A program made the translations under genes and the position numbers. A model generated the notes under the pieces. It had not been told where the DNA came from. It did no database searches and worked only from the letters and a program-made list of their open reading frames with translations. A stretch of 64,000 nt of DNA from Bugula neritina (lineage: Eukaryota > Animalia > Bryozoa): positions 13,711,675-13,775,674 of the forward strand of contig OZ037768.1 in assembly GCA_964035545.1 (NCBI GenBank), in the 5' to 3' direction. Every line of letters starts with the position of its first letter. The first letter of the stretch is position 1. This document shows positions 14,906 through 27,520 of the stretch, in pieces.

Positions 14906-15403
14906 ATGATTACACGTCTAATATATTTCAAAATGTTTTGGTAAACTTTCAGATCTTCTCAAATGATCTTCTCTCCAATCACCTTTGCTCTTTAGTTGTA
15001 ATGGAATAGTTATTCGTTTTGTGTGTAACTTAATTCATCTCTAACATAAGATAGTACCCTGTATTAACTTATCAGTTCTTGTTAGTTTTATAATGTATTA
15101 TTTTTGTAGTCATCTTTAATCACCTGAGTATTTCTTGTATTCTGTATTGTGCTCAAGCCACTTGTGCTGTGAGTATCCTTTGGGCACTTGACTTGTGTAA
15201 TTAATTCAAGGCATGACTGTGCTTCTACTGTTTTCATTGATTATTTATAATTGCAGTGTTGTGCTATCAGTCCACCATTAAAATTTTGATATAATAATTA
15301 GTTTTTAATTATATTATTGTTAACAATAAATTTTTCTTCATATTTATGGTATTTCAAATATTCTATCTATAGCATGCGCTAGTAACAGAGCTTAAGTATT
15401 AAA

Positions 15404-17219
15404 ATGGCATTGAATGGCAGTGCTATTGAGAATAAGACAACTATTGAGTTACATGTAACAACTCAAGCCATCAATGAGACAAGTATTTCAGAAACTATAC
15501 TGATAACAGTTTCAGCAATAGCATTCGCTTTAGGAACTGGGGTAAAACCATTTTCACATATTAATACTGTTTATAGATGATTGACTTAGAATTTTGTTGA
15601 TCAATGTAATTCTTTTCTATACTTCCAGTGTGAGAAGTAGTGGCCACTCAATTGCATTGTTATATATACATTATACATGTATGACTGTATGTCCTAACTA
15701 CAGGTTCGAAATAGCTCAAAGATGTATTTTAACTTTGATAAGGCAAATTTGAATAGCCAATGTTAATCTAAAAGTTAACTTGTAGTAGCCAGCTAACTCA
15801 CCTGGATAAGTGTAGAAGGAGAGGAGGTGCAATAACTCAATCAAAGCTGTGGCAATATTCTTGATAATTGCATGTTTGCTACTTTTTTACACTAATTATC
15901 CTAAGGATTAATTTACACCATTTCTATTTATGACATAATTTGCACAAAGTGTTATAGCAAACAAGCAAGTTTGATTTGATGCTTTGATTAAAATTATGAC
16001 ATGTCTCATCATTTCCGATTGTACACCATTTTAGTTAGTGTTTTATACAGAATAGTTTTTCTACATGAGGCAATGCTTATCAGCATTGAGTTTGTGAAGG
16101 CTAATTATGAATACAGGTTTTCCAATATTCTTTTTTACTAAAGTGTGTCTTCTGTATGCAGTCATGTTCTCAAAATGTGCCATTTATGTATAGAAGGTAC
16201 TTGCACAAAATAATTTTTAAAATAAAGTAGTTGATAGGAATATCTTGCATCACTAGTTTCGTGATCATAAACTATATTTTGCAACCTGCAGTTAGCATTC
16301 GTTTTGCAACTTGAATTTGTTCTTATAAGTTATTATTGATTAAGTTTCCTAACTTTACCTGAAATATGCAGAAACTTTAGTTGATAGTTAAGGCCTGATG
16401 TAGTGATCATGATATTGCAGCAACCAATACTTCATTATATAGCATAAAACTCAAATGCATTGCTATCAATATTTGAAGGTTGTCACTTTCAACATTTAGA
16501 TATGGTGCTATTGTTGTTGGAGACAAGCAGTACATGAGGCAGCTAATAACAAAAGACAAAGAGTAAAAAGTGCGATTTTGAGAAAAGAGTTCCCATTGGA
16601 TTCAAGGCTATCTCAGTGTACTGTGATGAGCAAACAACAGATGATAACTGAACAAAATAACTTACCAGCAAATTCATCAGTTGTCTCTATTAATCAAAAT
16701 ATGCAAGTTATCCGCAAGAAGAAGCGCAGAACGTCTCAGTCCCAGTTGACTTTGCAAACAGATTTTAATCCAGTAATAGCAATACCCAATGCTCCAGTAT
16801 GGAACATGATGGGACACACTTCTCAAATTATGTTACCTCACAACAGTACAGCATCTCAACTCTTTTTATTTCCACAAAGAAACTTGCTAGCCAGCACTTC
16901 AAACCATACTCTGCATCATATTCGGGCCGAGCAATCTTTTGGTGGGTTTCCTGTTAGCAGTCAAACTTCGATAAATATACCAGCTTTAAATAACATTATG
17001 AATAGGCAAACTAGTAGCCAATCAGTAAGCCAATTTTATCAGTCAAAAACCAGTCAGTTAACACCAACATCAGCGAATAAGCCCAAATCAATGAACAGTC
17101 AACATAACAAATCTAAAACTGCAACTGGGAGTTCAGCAACAACACATAGCGGAGTAAGAAAGAAAAGACGAATACAAACCGGAAGTAAAATTAACCCAAA
17201 TGAGAGCAACTTATCCTAA
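15404..17219 (+). CDS. Predicted orphan single-pass (type III-like) membrane protein, 285 aa, two coding exons
   Basis: join(15404..15541,16500..17219), phase-0 intron GGG|GTAAAA...TTTAG|ATA. Joined product: three N-glycosylation sequons (NGS, NKT, NET), hydrophobic ILITVSAIAFALGTGIWCYCCW, basic stop-transfer residues, Ser/Gln/Asn-rich tail. AATAAA near 17280. Confidence 0.7.
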
Positions 17220-17443
17220 ATGATATAAATACAACTCACTGAATGCTGCAAGTTTATGGTGTGCTATATTTTGTATTTTAATAAAATATACGTATTGTTC
17301 TGATTTTAATTATAAAAGCAATTGCATGTAATATAAAAATTCTTAAAATTACCATTCAATAGTCAAAAAATAATATAACTAATTTAGCACTAGTAGGATT
17401 AGATGAATACTATACATTAATGAATGACATAAAAATATTATAA

Positions 17444-20400
17444 TTATTTTCTCTTTTTTAATTTGTCAAATCGAGCAGCCAAATCATCAAAGTCAATGTC
17501 ATTAGGGCCTTGCTGCCCAGGACTACTTGGGCCACCGGCACCAGAAGGACCAGTTGGGTTAACACTACTGGGCACACTGGGTAGGTTAAAGTCATCACCT
17601 GGTATTTCTGGCAGACTTGGAATTTCGCCATCTGAAATATTAGTTTTTCTTCAAGTTAAACAGTCATTAAAACAACTTTAATTACACATAAAACAAATAT
17701 CATCTACACTAAAGCTCAAACACGAAAAAAGAGCATTACAATTATCAGCGATGGTCAAGTTTAATACCATGTTTTAATGAAACATCATAAAGTTTAGTTA
17801 CAGAATATAATATCAAAGGTTTACAATGATTTCCTTGCTAAGTACAACAGGGCCATACGAGTTCCTAACTTTACTACAAAAACTGTATCTCACCAGGTTC
17901 ATGTGACAGATTGTTTCTGATGTTTAGAGAAGAGTAGTTGGGAGGATTAGGGGGAACCTGGGGTGCTTCATTATAAGTTGGAGGCATTTGCTACAACAAT
18001 AATCATAGGTCATCATTTCACACATACATTAAGATGATTACTCAAGTATTCCCAGTTATTTTGAATATTTTAATGCTTTTCAATAACATTTCATAAAATA
18101 AAGGAAAACTGCATGAAATTGATATGATTCAAACCAAACCGCTAACATCATCTGACAATAAAATAACAAGAAATGTTTGCAAAATATTTAGAGACGAAGA
18201 AATCAACAGTTCAAGGATATATAACACAGGAATAGTAAACCATTTTGCAGAATAATCCTCTATATATGAATCACTGACACATGAACAAAGTAGGAGTTTT
18301 CCTCCCCAGAGTTGTATTACAACACCTGCTTACATGATTTGCAGGTTGAGATGGTAGCTCTGGTGGAATATTAAACCCTCCAGGAGACTGAGGAGAGGAG
18401 ACTGGACCAGCAGGTGGGACTGAAGGTAATGGTGGAGGGTACCTGTAATAAATCAGAACTTTCTAACATAATCTATCAACAACTATGTAAATAGTTGCAT
18501 AATAATGGCACCCTAAGTATTGAATCCACTAAATATTACAATTTCTTTTTATGATGTTATACCATAGGTTTTATAAATGTTCATCATTTCACCAGTGAAA
18601 GCACACAGTATCATAGTTGTGTTGAGTTATTTTCATACTCAATAAGTACATATATTACACAAGGCTAATACAGACAGTCAGCTACTTACACATTTCCAGC
18701 ATCTGGCCCATTGGGAGGATATCCAAAAGGAGCACTAGTTGGTGGGTACCCTCCACTAGGATAGCCTCCACCCCCACCAGAAGGTGGAGGGGGTCCCATT
18801 CTACCACCCCCACTAGGATAGCCTCCGCCCCCACTGGGATAGCCTCCACCGCCCCCACTGGGATAGCCTCCACCACCCCCACCTGACGGTGGAGGGGGGC
18901 CCATTCCACCACCTGGTGGTGATGGTGGTCGAACAAATCTTTTTGCCTCACCAAATTCTAAAAGATCGCCGATAGGTAAGCTTCCATCTTCTCCCTGTTG
19001 AATGGTCAAAGTTCATTTAGCAGGAATAAATGTCTAAGTACTTTACACAGTTGCAGAAAAAGTAGAGAAGTTTAGTAAAAATAAGATTTCAAAACAGCTA
19101 AAAGTTTTAAAGTGCTCATACATAAACGGACTATTTAGTGTGACAAAACTGGCTTGAAAAGTTATGCAATGCTGAAATAGGGTAAAATGGCAGAACTTAT
19201 CGGCTAGAGAAAAAGTATTATCTCAGTCTATCTTACCAGCAAAACGAGTTGGTCTGGTTCAAAATCCACATTGAAAGACTTGGCGATTTCAACCATATAG
19301 TTTTCTATTAGTGACTTGGGAGGAGAATATATGCTCATTTTTCTCATCAACTACAGAGACAGAACACATTAAAACTAATAGTCAATATACTCTATAATTA
19401 TACTGATATACCTCTATACTAAGTCATTAGGTCATGGCCAACTAGTCATAGTCAAGTCTTGAAAAAAAATAAATTAAAGTCAAGAGAAAAACTCGGAAAT
19501 CAAGTCGTTGACTGCCCCTAATTAATTCCATGAGACAAAAAAAATCATGTCAAGTAGAGTTAGTATTTTTAAACAAGCTAACAAGAAATGTGTGTGAGAT
19601 AGTAGTGTTTCAAGACTGCCTCCTGTTCATTAACCATGCTTTAATAACACAGAAAAGTTGCATAAATACGGAAGCAACTATATCGTTCCATTTTTACAAC
19701 TACTCAGAAGGATTAGATGATGAAGAAAATATAACATAATAGATTGAGTCAAGGAGGTAGATATGGGTATGATTAGCATAGCACCACCACTTGAAGTTAC
19801 CTTCTCGTTGACAGCATTCAACTGATTGCTTTTACATGCAGCATGGTACTCTTTGCCATATCTAGCCAATAGATTCTTTGAAATCTACAACAAAACATAG
19901 ACAAGTACAACATGGATTGGATTATAATTATTTGAAAATATTTTAGGCCTGTAGTTTAATAATTAGATTAACTACAAGCTTTTAGTTTATCTTTTTATAA
20001 TAAACAACTAATACCATTTGAGATTGAACATGAAAAACACTGACTCATTTAAATATGACAAGCATTCACAATACCTGACTCATCGCTATGATTAACAACT
20101 CAGAAGAAACTGTCAAACACGGTAGATGAGAATGCGACATCTATATCACCACCTTAGAGTCACATTATTCCTATTCCCATAACAATTTTCCACTGAATAG
20201 CAACTATTATACCAACTATTCAAAGGACATAACACTTACAACAGTCAGTTCTGGGATATCAGCAGAAAGTCTAGGCTCCGCCCATATGATGGATGCAATT
20301 GCTTCTTCCACTGTTGGGTCAACTGCACTAAACCCCAATATACAATATAAGTAGACCTCACAAAATTAGGTAGTTTCAGAGTGTTGTAAATATTTAAAGA

Positions 20401-21108
20401 AAAGTAGACAATAAATGAATCAATTACTATACAATTTAAAATTGAAAATCGTTTAGAGTCTACTAACCTAACTCTCTCAATAATACCAAATCGTGCTAAA
20501 AGTAAATCACAGAACATCTCTAAAATTTCCATCCCTTCTACCATATAATCCTCCCGAACAATGTGCTCCACCTAACAGAACAACTACTTTAGAAAGTTGC
20601 CAGTAACTACAGCTAGAGCAGCTGCTAAAGAGGTATATATTAAATGTTCTCAACTTTTAAAGCCTTTACATATTGTAACTAGACAATTTGTGACAAAATA
20701 CAAGTTCACTCCAAAAATAAACAGAAAACGGCGAATAGTAAAATACTAAATATTGCACTGGCTTTAAGAAAATACATTACAGAATTTGCAGATTCTACAC
20801 ATATGTTTATTTAAATGTAAATTTACCCTTATTCGGGCTCTGTCTTCTTTTCCTGCTTGAATATAATCAGCAATCTCTTTCCGGGATTTCAATGCAAGCT
20901 CCGCTACAAAAACAAATTAAAATAACTCAATTCTGAAATGCACAACGCAGACAAAGGTTAATAACAATTTTAATAATACATTGCTATTTAATTAAGTAAA
21001 AGAGAGTAAAATTTACTCACTTTTCTTCTTTTCCAGCAACTTCAGTCTGTTGACAGTAAGACGAAGGTTGGTTTTCAACTTTTGAAAATTACACTTTGAG
21101 CTGAACAT
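17444..21108 (-). CDS. IST1: IST1, ESCRT-III-associated factor
   Basis: Exons 21108-21021, 20903-20827, 20571-20468, 20327-20240, 19884-19801, 19350-19237, 18994-18690, 18442-18334, 17990-17894, 17631-17444. N-terminus KLKTNLRLTVNRLKLLEKKKTELALKSRKEIADYIQAGKEDRARIRVEHIVREDY, then CDLLLARFG; C-terminal MIM2-like LPSVP and MIM1 DIDFDDLAARFDKLKKRK. Confidence 0.96.
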
Positions 21109-21187
21109 TTTGTTGAAATTCTTATACCTACAAAACATTAGCATTTGCACACTTTAGGCTTGTTTTACAGCAGAATTAGTAGCTTCA

Positions 21188-21350
21188 ATAAACCCCAACT
21201 CTAAACTCAAGAATCCCAAACTATTGCATTCATTCACCACCAACTCGGAGCTGCTTATAAAACCATTCAAGCCAAACCACCCCCCACAAACTCCAATCTT
21301 GAGAATTCCAAGCTACTGCACTCAGTGACTACTAACTTGGTCCTGCTTTT
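21188..21350. repeat. Two diverged direct copies of the 13218-13360 repeat arm
   Basis: aaaccccaactctaaactcaagaatcccaaactattgcattcattcaccaccaactcggagctgctta and caagctactgcactcagtgactactaact resemble that element. Confidence 0.65.
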
Positions 21351-22804
21351 AGCAGGTTTTCATTACCACATCTACCCCAAAGTAAATTGCTAGAAGCAGC
21401 ACAAGGCTTGGGGTCCGGGGTGAGGTTTGTGGCTGCACTTGTGACTCAGAGATTTGCACTGCATCTGATTTTTAGCAATTCCCTACCTCAAATATCTACC
21501 TGCTAACTGACAAATTTTATAACAGATAACATATATAAACTTTAGTTATATATTAAATTCATATTAGTTAAACTATATACCCAATTCGAATCACTTGGTC
21601 AGTCTCAGTAATAAATAACCATAAAAGTTAGTTCCTATGAGTGTCATAATTGATAATAATAATCTTAATGATAATTAATATTAGTTAGCAAAGTAAAAAA
21701 TTAAAACGAATTGAAGCACATTAGTGAATATAGTAATATCAGAACCATGTCAGTAATGTCAGAACCATAAGCAAAAACTTAATTTGTAAACAACTTGAAC
21801 TATTACTATTACTATAGCTATAAACTTAAACGAATGAGTAATAATTGAATTATTGATAGCTTTTTCCTACCCTGCCACCATCATTATGATAACTATCATC
21901 ATCATGGCAAATGCAATATAACTGTTACTGTAGCCGCCAATTGTTACAACTATCGCTTACTTAGCCTCACTCTGACTCTTACACTCCATAGTTACTAGTA
22001 TTACTATTACTATTAGTAGAACTAGATAAATATTAATAGTACTAACAGTAACTGTAAAAGTGCAATATACTAACACTAACAGTAGCACTAAGAGTAGTAC
22101 TAATAGTAACACTAATAATTCTAATAATAATTTATCAAATTTCAATTACATTACCATTTTGTCTTCAAAGGTATTATGTCAAATTTTATTACAATTGTAA
22201 AATTAAAAGACGTTCAATAATTTTTTCTATAATTATAATATCAATAGTAATACTAATAGTAATAGTAAATCTGCGTTAAACTCAAAAAATAAATGCGTTT
22301 CAACGTCACTGTAGATTAGAGCCTTGAGGTATATTGTAATAAACTTTACTGATTCAAAATCACCTGACACTGAGTTCTAATACTGGGCCTATTATGATCT
22401 GCGAGCCACAGTTGATATTATGATTATCAATATTGCAGAATGGGAATTAGTCATTTGATAATTGGAATTTTCGCTTGTTTCCGTGACCGTTTTTCTACCT
22501 CTCTTTTACAAGCCTTGAAACCGTTCGCATAAATTATACAATGTATATTTAAATACGCAGGTTAAATAGCCGCGAAAACGTGTATTAGACGCTCCCTAGA
22601 AACCATTTCAAAATGGCGATTGCCATCACCATAAACTTGAACTTGCCATTAAAATATCATTATTTTGTAAAAGCCCAATGCAAAAATACATCATATTTAA
22701 TATAAAATGTATGTAAAAATTATGGTTAATTCAAATTAAACTTTAGAAGATTAGGCTAATTGTTTATGTAATTTTAAACATACTTTGTACCCGCGACTTC
22801 TCCT

Positions 22805-23230
22805 AATCAGTATGAGTATTACTATGAGTATGAATACTAATAGTAATACTAATAGACAATAGTTATTGTTATCATAATCATAATAAATAATTATAACATG
22901 AACTGATAGTTATACTTGTGGTTGAAACATAGGTATAGTTCTAATTGTAAGTGATAGTCAGTATGACCTTGATGGTCACTATGAGTATGATAGTGATAGT
23001 CATCATCAAAATGAATATTAATATTATACTCATACCCATAGTGATAGTCATAGTGACTCCCATAATCATGGTGAGGTTGAAGGTAATAGTCATAGTAGTA
23101 TTTATAGTCATTCATAATGTCATAGTGAACTTGTTCCTCGTGTTGATGGAGGTAGTGATAATGGTAGTGATAATCGATGCCATCAATTCATATTCTATTA
23201 CTATCTGTCTTTGTCTATCAGTATCACTAT
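22805..23230. repeat. Degenerate hexamer array (related low-complexity stretch also at 21890-22130)
   Basis: gatagt/catagt/atgagt periodicity; explains the low-complexity ORFs predicted here. Confidence 0.7.
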
Positions 23231-23454
23231 GCTTATTTGAAAATTAAGTTATTGCTTCTTGTGGAGGCTCTCTAGATCTTCGGCGACTGCCCATTCTCAT
23301 GTGGCTAAAAGGTTTCGGTATGTACCTTAGTTCGTCCCTCCTGGTATACCCCTTTAGGGGTTCCCACTCCATGTGGTCACGGCCGTACTCAGTGAAGTAT
23401 CTGGTGGGCCGGCTGTGTCCCAGTGTCAGAGGACGGGTTAGGTGTGGGTGCTTG

Positions 23455-23696
23455 GTAGATTCTACAGTGAGAGTGGCTCTGCCTCCGCCCACCTCGAAAG
23501 TGGGTATATCCTCTACCCCCAGCACCACGGGGGCTGGTTCCGGTGGCCTGTAGTCCGAGAGTCTAGGCTGAGGAGTGGATTCTATAGTGAGAGTGGCTCT
23601 GCCTCCGCCCACCTCAAAAGTGGGTATATCCTCTACCCCCAGCACCACGGGGGCTAGTTCCGGTGGCCTGTAGTCCAAGAGTCTAGGCTGAGGAGG
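23455..23696. repeat. 120-bp tandem duplication (2 copies) inside the retroelement 3' ORF
   Basis: PQPRL.DYRPPE.APVVLGVEDIPTFEVGGGRATLT.EST occurs twice in ORF 23244..23972. Confidence 0.9.
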
Positions 23697-25910
23697 CGGT
23701 GTCGGTGCATCAGGGGTTTCGTCCGGCCTGTAGAGTGTCATCTCCCACTCATGTGGTCGTGCCACCCTCCCTTGCAGGTTAGGGCGCTGAGCCGGTTTGA
23801 GCAATGGAGGTGCCTGTCCTGTTCCATGTGGGCTGGCCCAATATGGGTTCAACCGTCTCTCCCTTTGGAAGGAAATTTGTCTGGAGCGTTCCACACAACG
23901 TGTGATTAAGGAGCACCTCCAGAATGCAATATGGTCCAACAAACTTGGACTACAGTTTAACCGACTCTCCACGACGAGGATGATGGCTGATCATCCACAC
24001 CCAATTCTTGATTTGGTATGGTGGAAGCTCTGCCCAATTTTCCCTGCACACCTGCCACTGCTTTTCCCATAGAATCTCATGAGCTGTCCTCATCCGATAC
24101 ATTAACTCCTTCACATATTCAATAACAGGGCGTTTGGGATCGAGACATGGTATGCCAGGTAATCCGGAACTTGGGCTTCCTGGTCAAGCATCAGGAAATT
24201 GTGAGTCTCCTGTGTGCTAAAGTGCGGTGTGCTGCGGTAGGCCCACATGATCGGAAGCAGTACCACGACCCATTCTTCCTGGCTCTTTTGGAGTAGGCTC
24301 CTTAAAGCGTTACCTAACATTCTGTTATTCCGCTTTACGACTCTGTTCTCCTGAAGGTGATATAGGGCCGTGTGAAATGCTTCAAGAACATCAGAATCGA
24401 GGTATTACCTTTGGTGGATGGTTGAATGGGTCTTACCAGGTCGACTGCTACTATCTGCTACCGTAGAGCCGGCAACCTCTCCGTGGTCTCAGTGGGGTGG
24501 CCATGTTTGCTGGCCTGGTAAATCTCACATTGCCGTATCTGCAGTCGCACATCCCGTGTCATTCCGGGCCAATACCATAGCAGCCAAAAGCAGCTATTCA
24601 CCCAATTGGCCCCAGCATGAGCCTGTTTATGAGTCTCCCAGATTGATTATCATTTGAGGGGGAGTAGGCAGACTATTCGTTTCCTCTCTTGATGACGGGC
24701 ACCAGCTGCTAGTGGTATGGTCAACAACTCATCCTTGTTGAACCGAAGGAAATCTCAACTGCAGCAAAATTTTTTGAACTCAACTACTCTTTACCGCTGC
24801 TTCTCTTCATTTGGCTGTCTTCCCCCTTCTTGGCCAGGAATGTCTCTGCTACTACGCTGGGCAGTGTCTCCTGGAGTTGGCACAGCCCCTTGATATTCCT
24901 TTGATAGTACACTCAGGTACACCGAGGTCTCTATGGGGCTTGTCACCCAATGCGTGAGGGTTTCACTCTTGTCTTCCTCGGCGCGGGGCGGGTTTTTTCT
25001 TGGCTGGTATTGGCTCTTGACCTGCGGTTGGCGAAAGTTACCGAAGACCTTGGGGGTTTAAAGAGGCCTCCGTCTTCTAGGGCAGTCCCTCAACACGCCA
25101 TTGGGAAAGTTCTGGCAGAGTTATCCCATGGTCGGAGTGCCCAATTGCCGGCCTGAGTCTGTTGCATCTTTTTTATGTCGACATGCAGACCCCTCATCAT
25201 TTCCAGCAGCATGGAGAATTTGGGGGAGAGTTGACGAAGCCATAATAACGGCTGCCACTTGGGGTACTGGTAGGGCTCCTGGGGTGGCATCCATCTCCAT
25301 TTGTTGCGTACTTATATCATGGAAGTAGACCCTCCCTTTGTTTAATGCCTCCTCTATTGTCTTCACACCAGCAGCCAGAAGGTGGCGTTGGAGCCCTAGG
25401 TTATTCAATGATTGAGAGAAGGCTTCGAAAGTTAGGATCCTCAGATTTTTGGGGTCCAGGTTCCCATAAGCGAATTAGAGCAGTCTTTCTATTTTGTTTT
25501 CATAGTCCTGGAGGGATGTCCTGGGCTCTCGTCTCAATCTCTGTAACCGAGACCTGGCATCGTGAGCAGGCAGCTCGAATCAGGCGCAGAGTGCTTTGAA
25601 AGCGTTTGGCCCGGTTTGACAGGCAGGACCATAGTTGAAGGAGCACTAATGCTGGCTATTCGGGGATGTAGGATGTAGGCTACTCCCAGAGAATTTGTCC
25701 CTTATCTCTCTCACTGCTGAAAGTCGGTACTTTGTGTCGGAGTTCGTTTCCGGATAGTGCCTGATCTTCTCGGAGGGCCTGAACTAAGGCCTCCAGCATA
25801 AAAGGTCCTGCTGTCGGTCCACCGTTGTTTGCTGCCGTTTTCTCTGCTCTTGTCAAGGCCATCTTTACTCTCCTAGGGGATCATTAGCTTTGACTTTGTA
25901 GACAAGACCT

Positions 25911-25924
25911 CACTGCTGCCACCA
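25911..25924 (-). promoter_or_regulatory. Primer-binding site, tRNA-Leu type
   Basis: TGGTGGCAGCAGTG lies 1 nt inside the LTR end ...TCACA and resembles the complement of the tRNA-Leu 3' end (TGGTGGCAGCGGTG). Confidence 0.75.
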
Positions 25925-25925
25925 G

Positions 25926-26410
25926 TGTGATAAGTTGGTGGGTTTACCAAAAAGCCAATAAACTGATGCGAACATGTACTCTTTGTATTAAAAAAAAATG
26001 AGGCAAGATCTGGTGAGCGAATCGTTTATTATAATGCCTGCTGGAAAAACTCAGGCATAGTTCTTTTTAACCAATGATGATAACTAATAATCAGAAAGAG
26101 TGGAAATCTATGGCAGCTCCTAGTTCAGACTGACCAGGGATTAGAAATTCCCAACTTATTATATAGTAAAAGACATCCTCTGAAGCGAAGGCGTGACTTC
26201 GGCCCAAACTCGGGCGCCGGACTGGCAATTGGGTGTTCGAATCGTCTGTATCAGACATCTGATTTGGAATCGGCGTCTGAACCAGTCGAAGCGAACGCCC
26301 CATACTTGATCATGCGCCGAATCCTCTGAATTGGACAACCCAAATGATTTCGGGTGCCTGACTGGTTGAAGTCGGAGACTTCCGTCTCTCGCTAGCTGCG
26401 AGAAGTTACA
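25926..26410 (-). repeat. 5' LTR, about 485 bp
   Basis: Minus strand begins TGTAAC and ends TCACA next to the PBS; internal AATAAA (tttatt at about 26025). The outer boundary is inferred without a second LTR. Confidence 0.65.
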
Positions 26411-26469
26411 AAAAAAATATATAATTAATACATTTGATTAAAAATATAAATAATAAGAGTACTACTCCC

Positions 26470-27520
26470 AGATTTACTACACAGGTAATAATGGCACAGG
26501 TAATAATAGCACAAATGGAAAAACAGTTAAAAATGGCGGATTTTCAAGATGAGGTTTAGGATTAGGGGTTGGAGATTTGGAATAGGGGTTTAGGGTTGGG
26601 GATGGGGTTGAGTGGGACTTGAGCTTCACAAGATAGTTCAGGGCAACCTTTTAGCTGCAACTGCCTTACTAAAGTTTGCATTGTAGTCATATAAGAATTC
26701 AGTACCATTAAAATAAAATTGCACCTAATTGTGCTAGAATCAGAATTTAAAAACCATGTTGTAAACCTTCTTTTCCCCAGTACAACATTTTTGGAATTTT
26801 CAATTTTTATTTTTTTGCAAAGTTATAGACAAAAAATTACTTGTTTTTGGCCAATTTTGCCTTAAAAAAGTTGACTTTTTAGTACCAGTAAAATATCTCC
26901 GCAGGATACCGTGAAACCTGAATGAAAAATGCAGTGTTGGAGTCCTGAGAAATTTCTGCAGTGCAATGTTTTTGTTTTTTCAATAAATCTTCTATATTTT
27001 ATATTAATTAATGATTTATACACTAAAAATGCTATATATTCTCCTCAGTAATTAGCACTGCGCTCCACTTCGCACATCAGTGAACAGGTAGAGGGGAGCA
27101 AATATTCGCGCGTAAATTACTAGTTACATGCTTGCTAGCTAACAGGCTAGTGATAAATTGCTGTGTACTTTATTTATAGAGCGGCCATAATGGAATGTTA
27201 ATAGATGATGCAGCCCTAATTGAGGGTGCTGTTTATTGGTTGTAGTTTGATTTTAGGCTAAACAATTGCAAGTAGGCAACACGAATGCCACCGACAACAA
27301 TATTATACAAGAACTTAAAATACATTTTGAGAAAAATCTATAATATTCTTAGTAAGGATGCCCTTAACTATCCTGTTTGGAGGTAAGGTTTAAGGGTTTG
27401 GGTGGGATTTTAGGGTTTAAGACTTGGCAGTTGGGGGGGGGGGGTTCAAGTTTGGGGTTTGTGAAATTGTAACATCACTTATTTTCCATTACTGCCCGTG
27501 CCATTTTTTACCTAAAATCG
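26470..27520. mobile_element. Degenerate non-autonomous DNA element with telomere-like (TTAGGG-type) internal runs
   Basis: Inverted ends AGGTAATAATGGCAC (repeated, 26483) and GTGCCATTTTTTACCT (to 27513). GGGTTTAGGG-like runs at 26552-26610 and 27385-27460. Confidence 0.5.

Larger units (their letters stand above)
23244..26410 (-). mobile_element. Decayed Ty3/Gypsy-like LTR retrotransposon: 5' LTR, PBS, broken gag, integrase C-terminal part; no recognisable RT/RNase H or 3' LTR
   Basis: GC-richer block. gag-like fragments from ATG 25862 (KVPTFSSE; LQRHLLAAGVKTIEEAL). Integrase remnant YHLQENRVVKRNNRMLGNALRSLL...W...L..IMWAYRSTPH.STQET at 24111-24365. Many stops and frameshifts. Confidence 0.85.

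Noticed and set aside
21957-23247. Hydrophobic and His/Tyr-rich ORFs
   Set aside because: Translations of hexamer low-complexity arrays.
26552-26610. Interstitial telomere
   Set aside because: Short and highly degenerate, and lies inside an inverted-repeat-bounded element.
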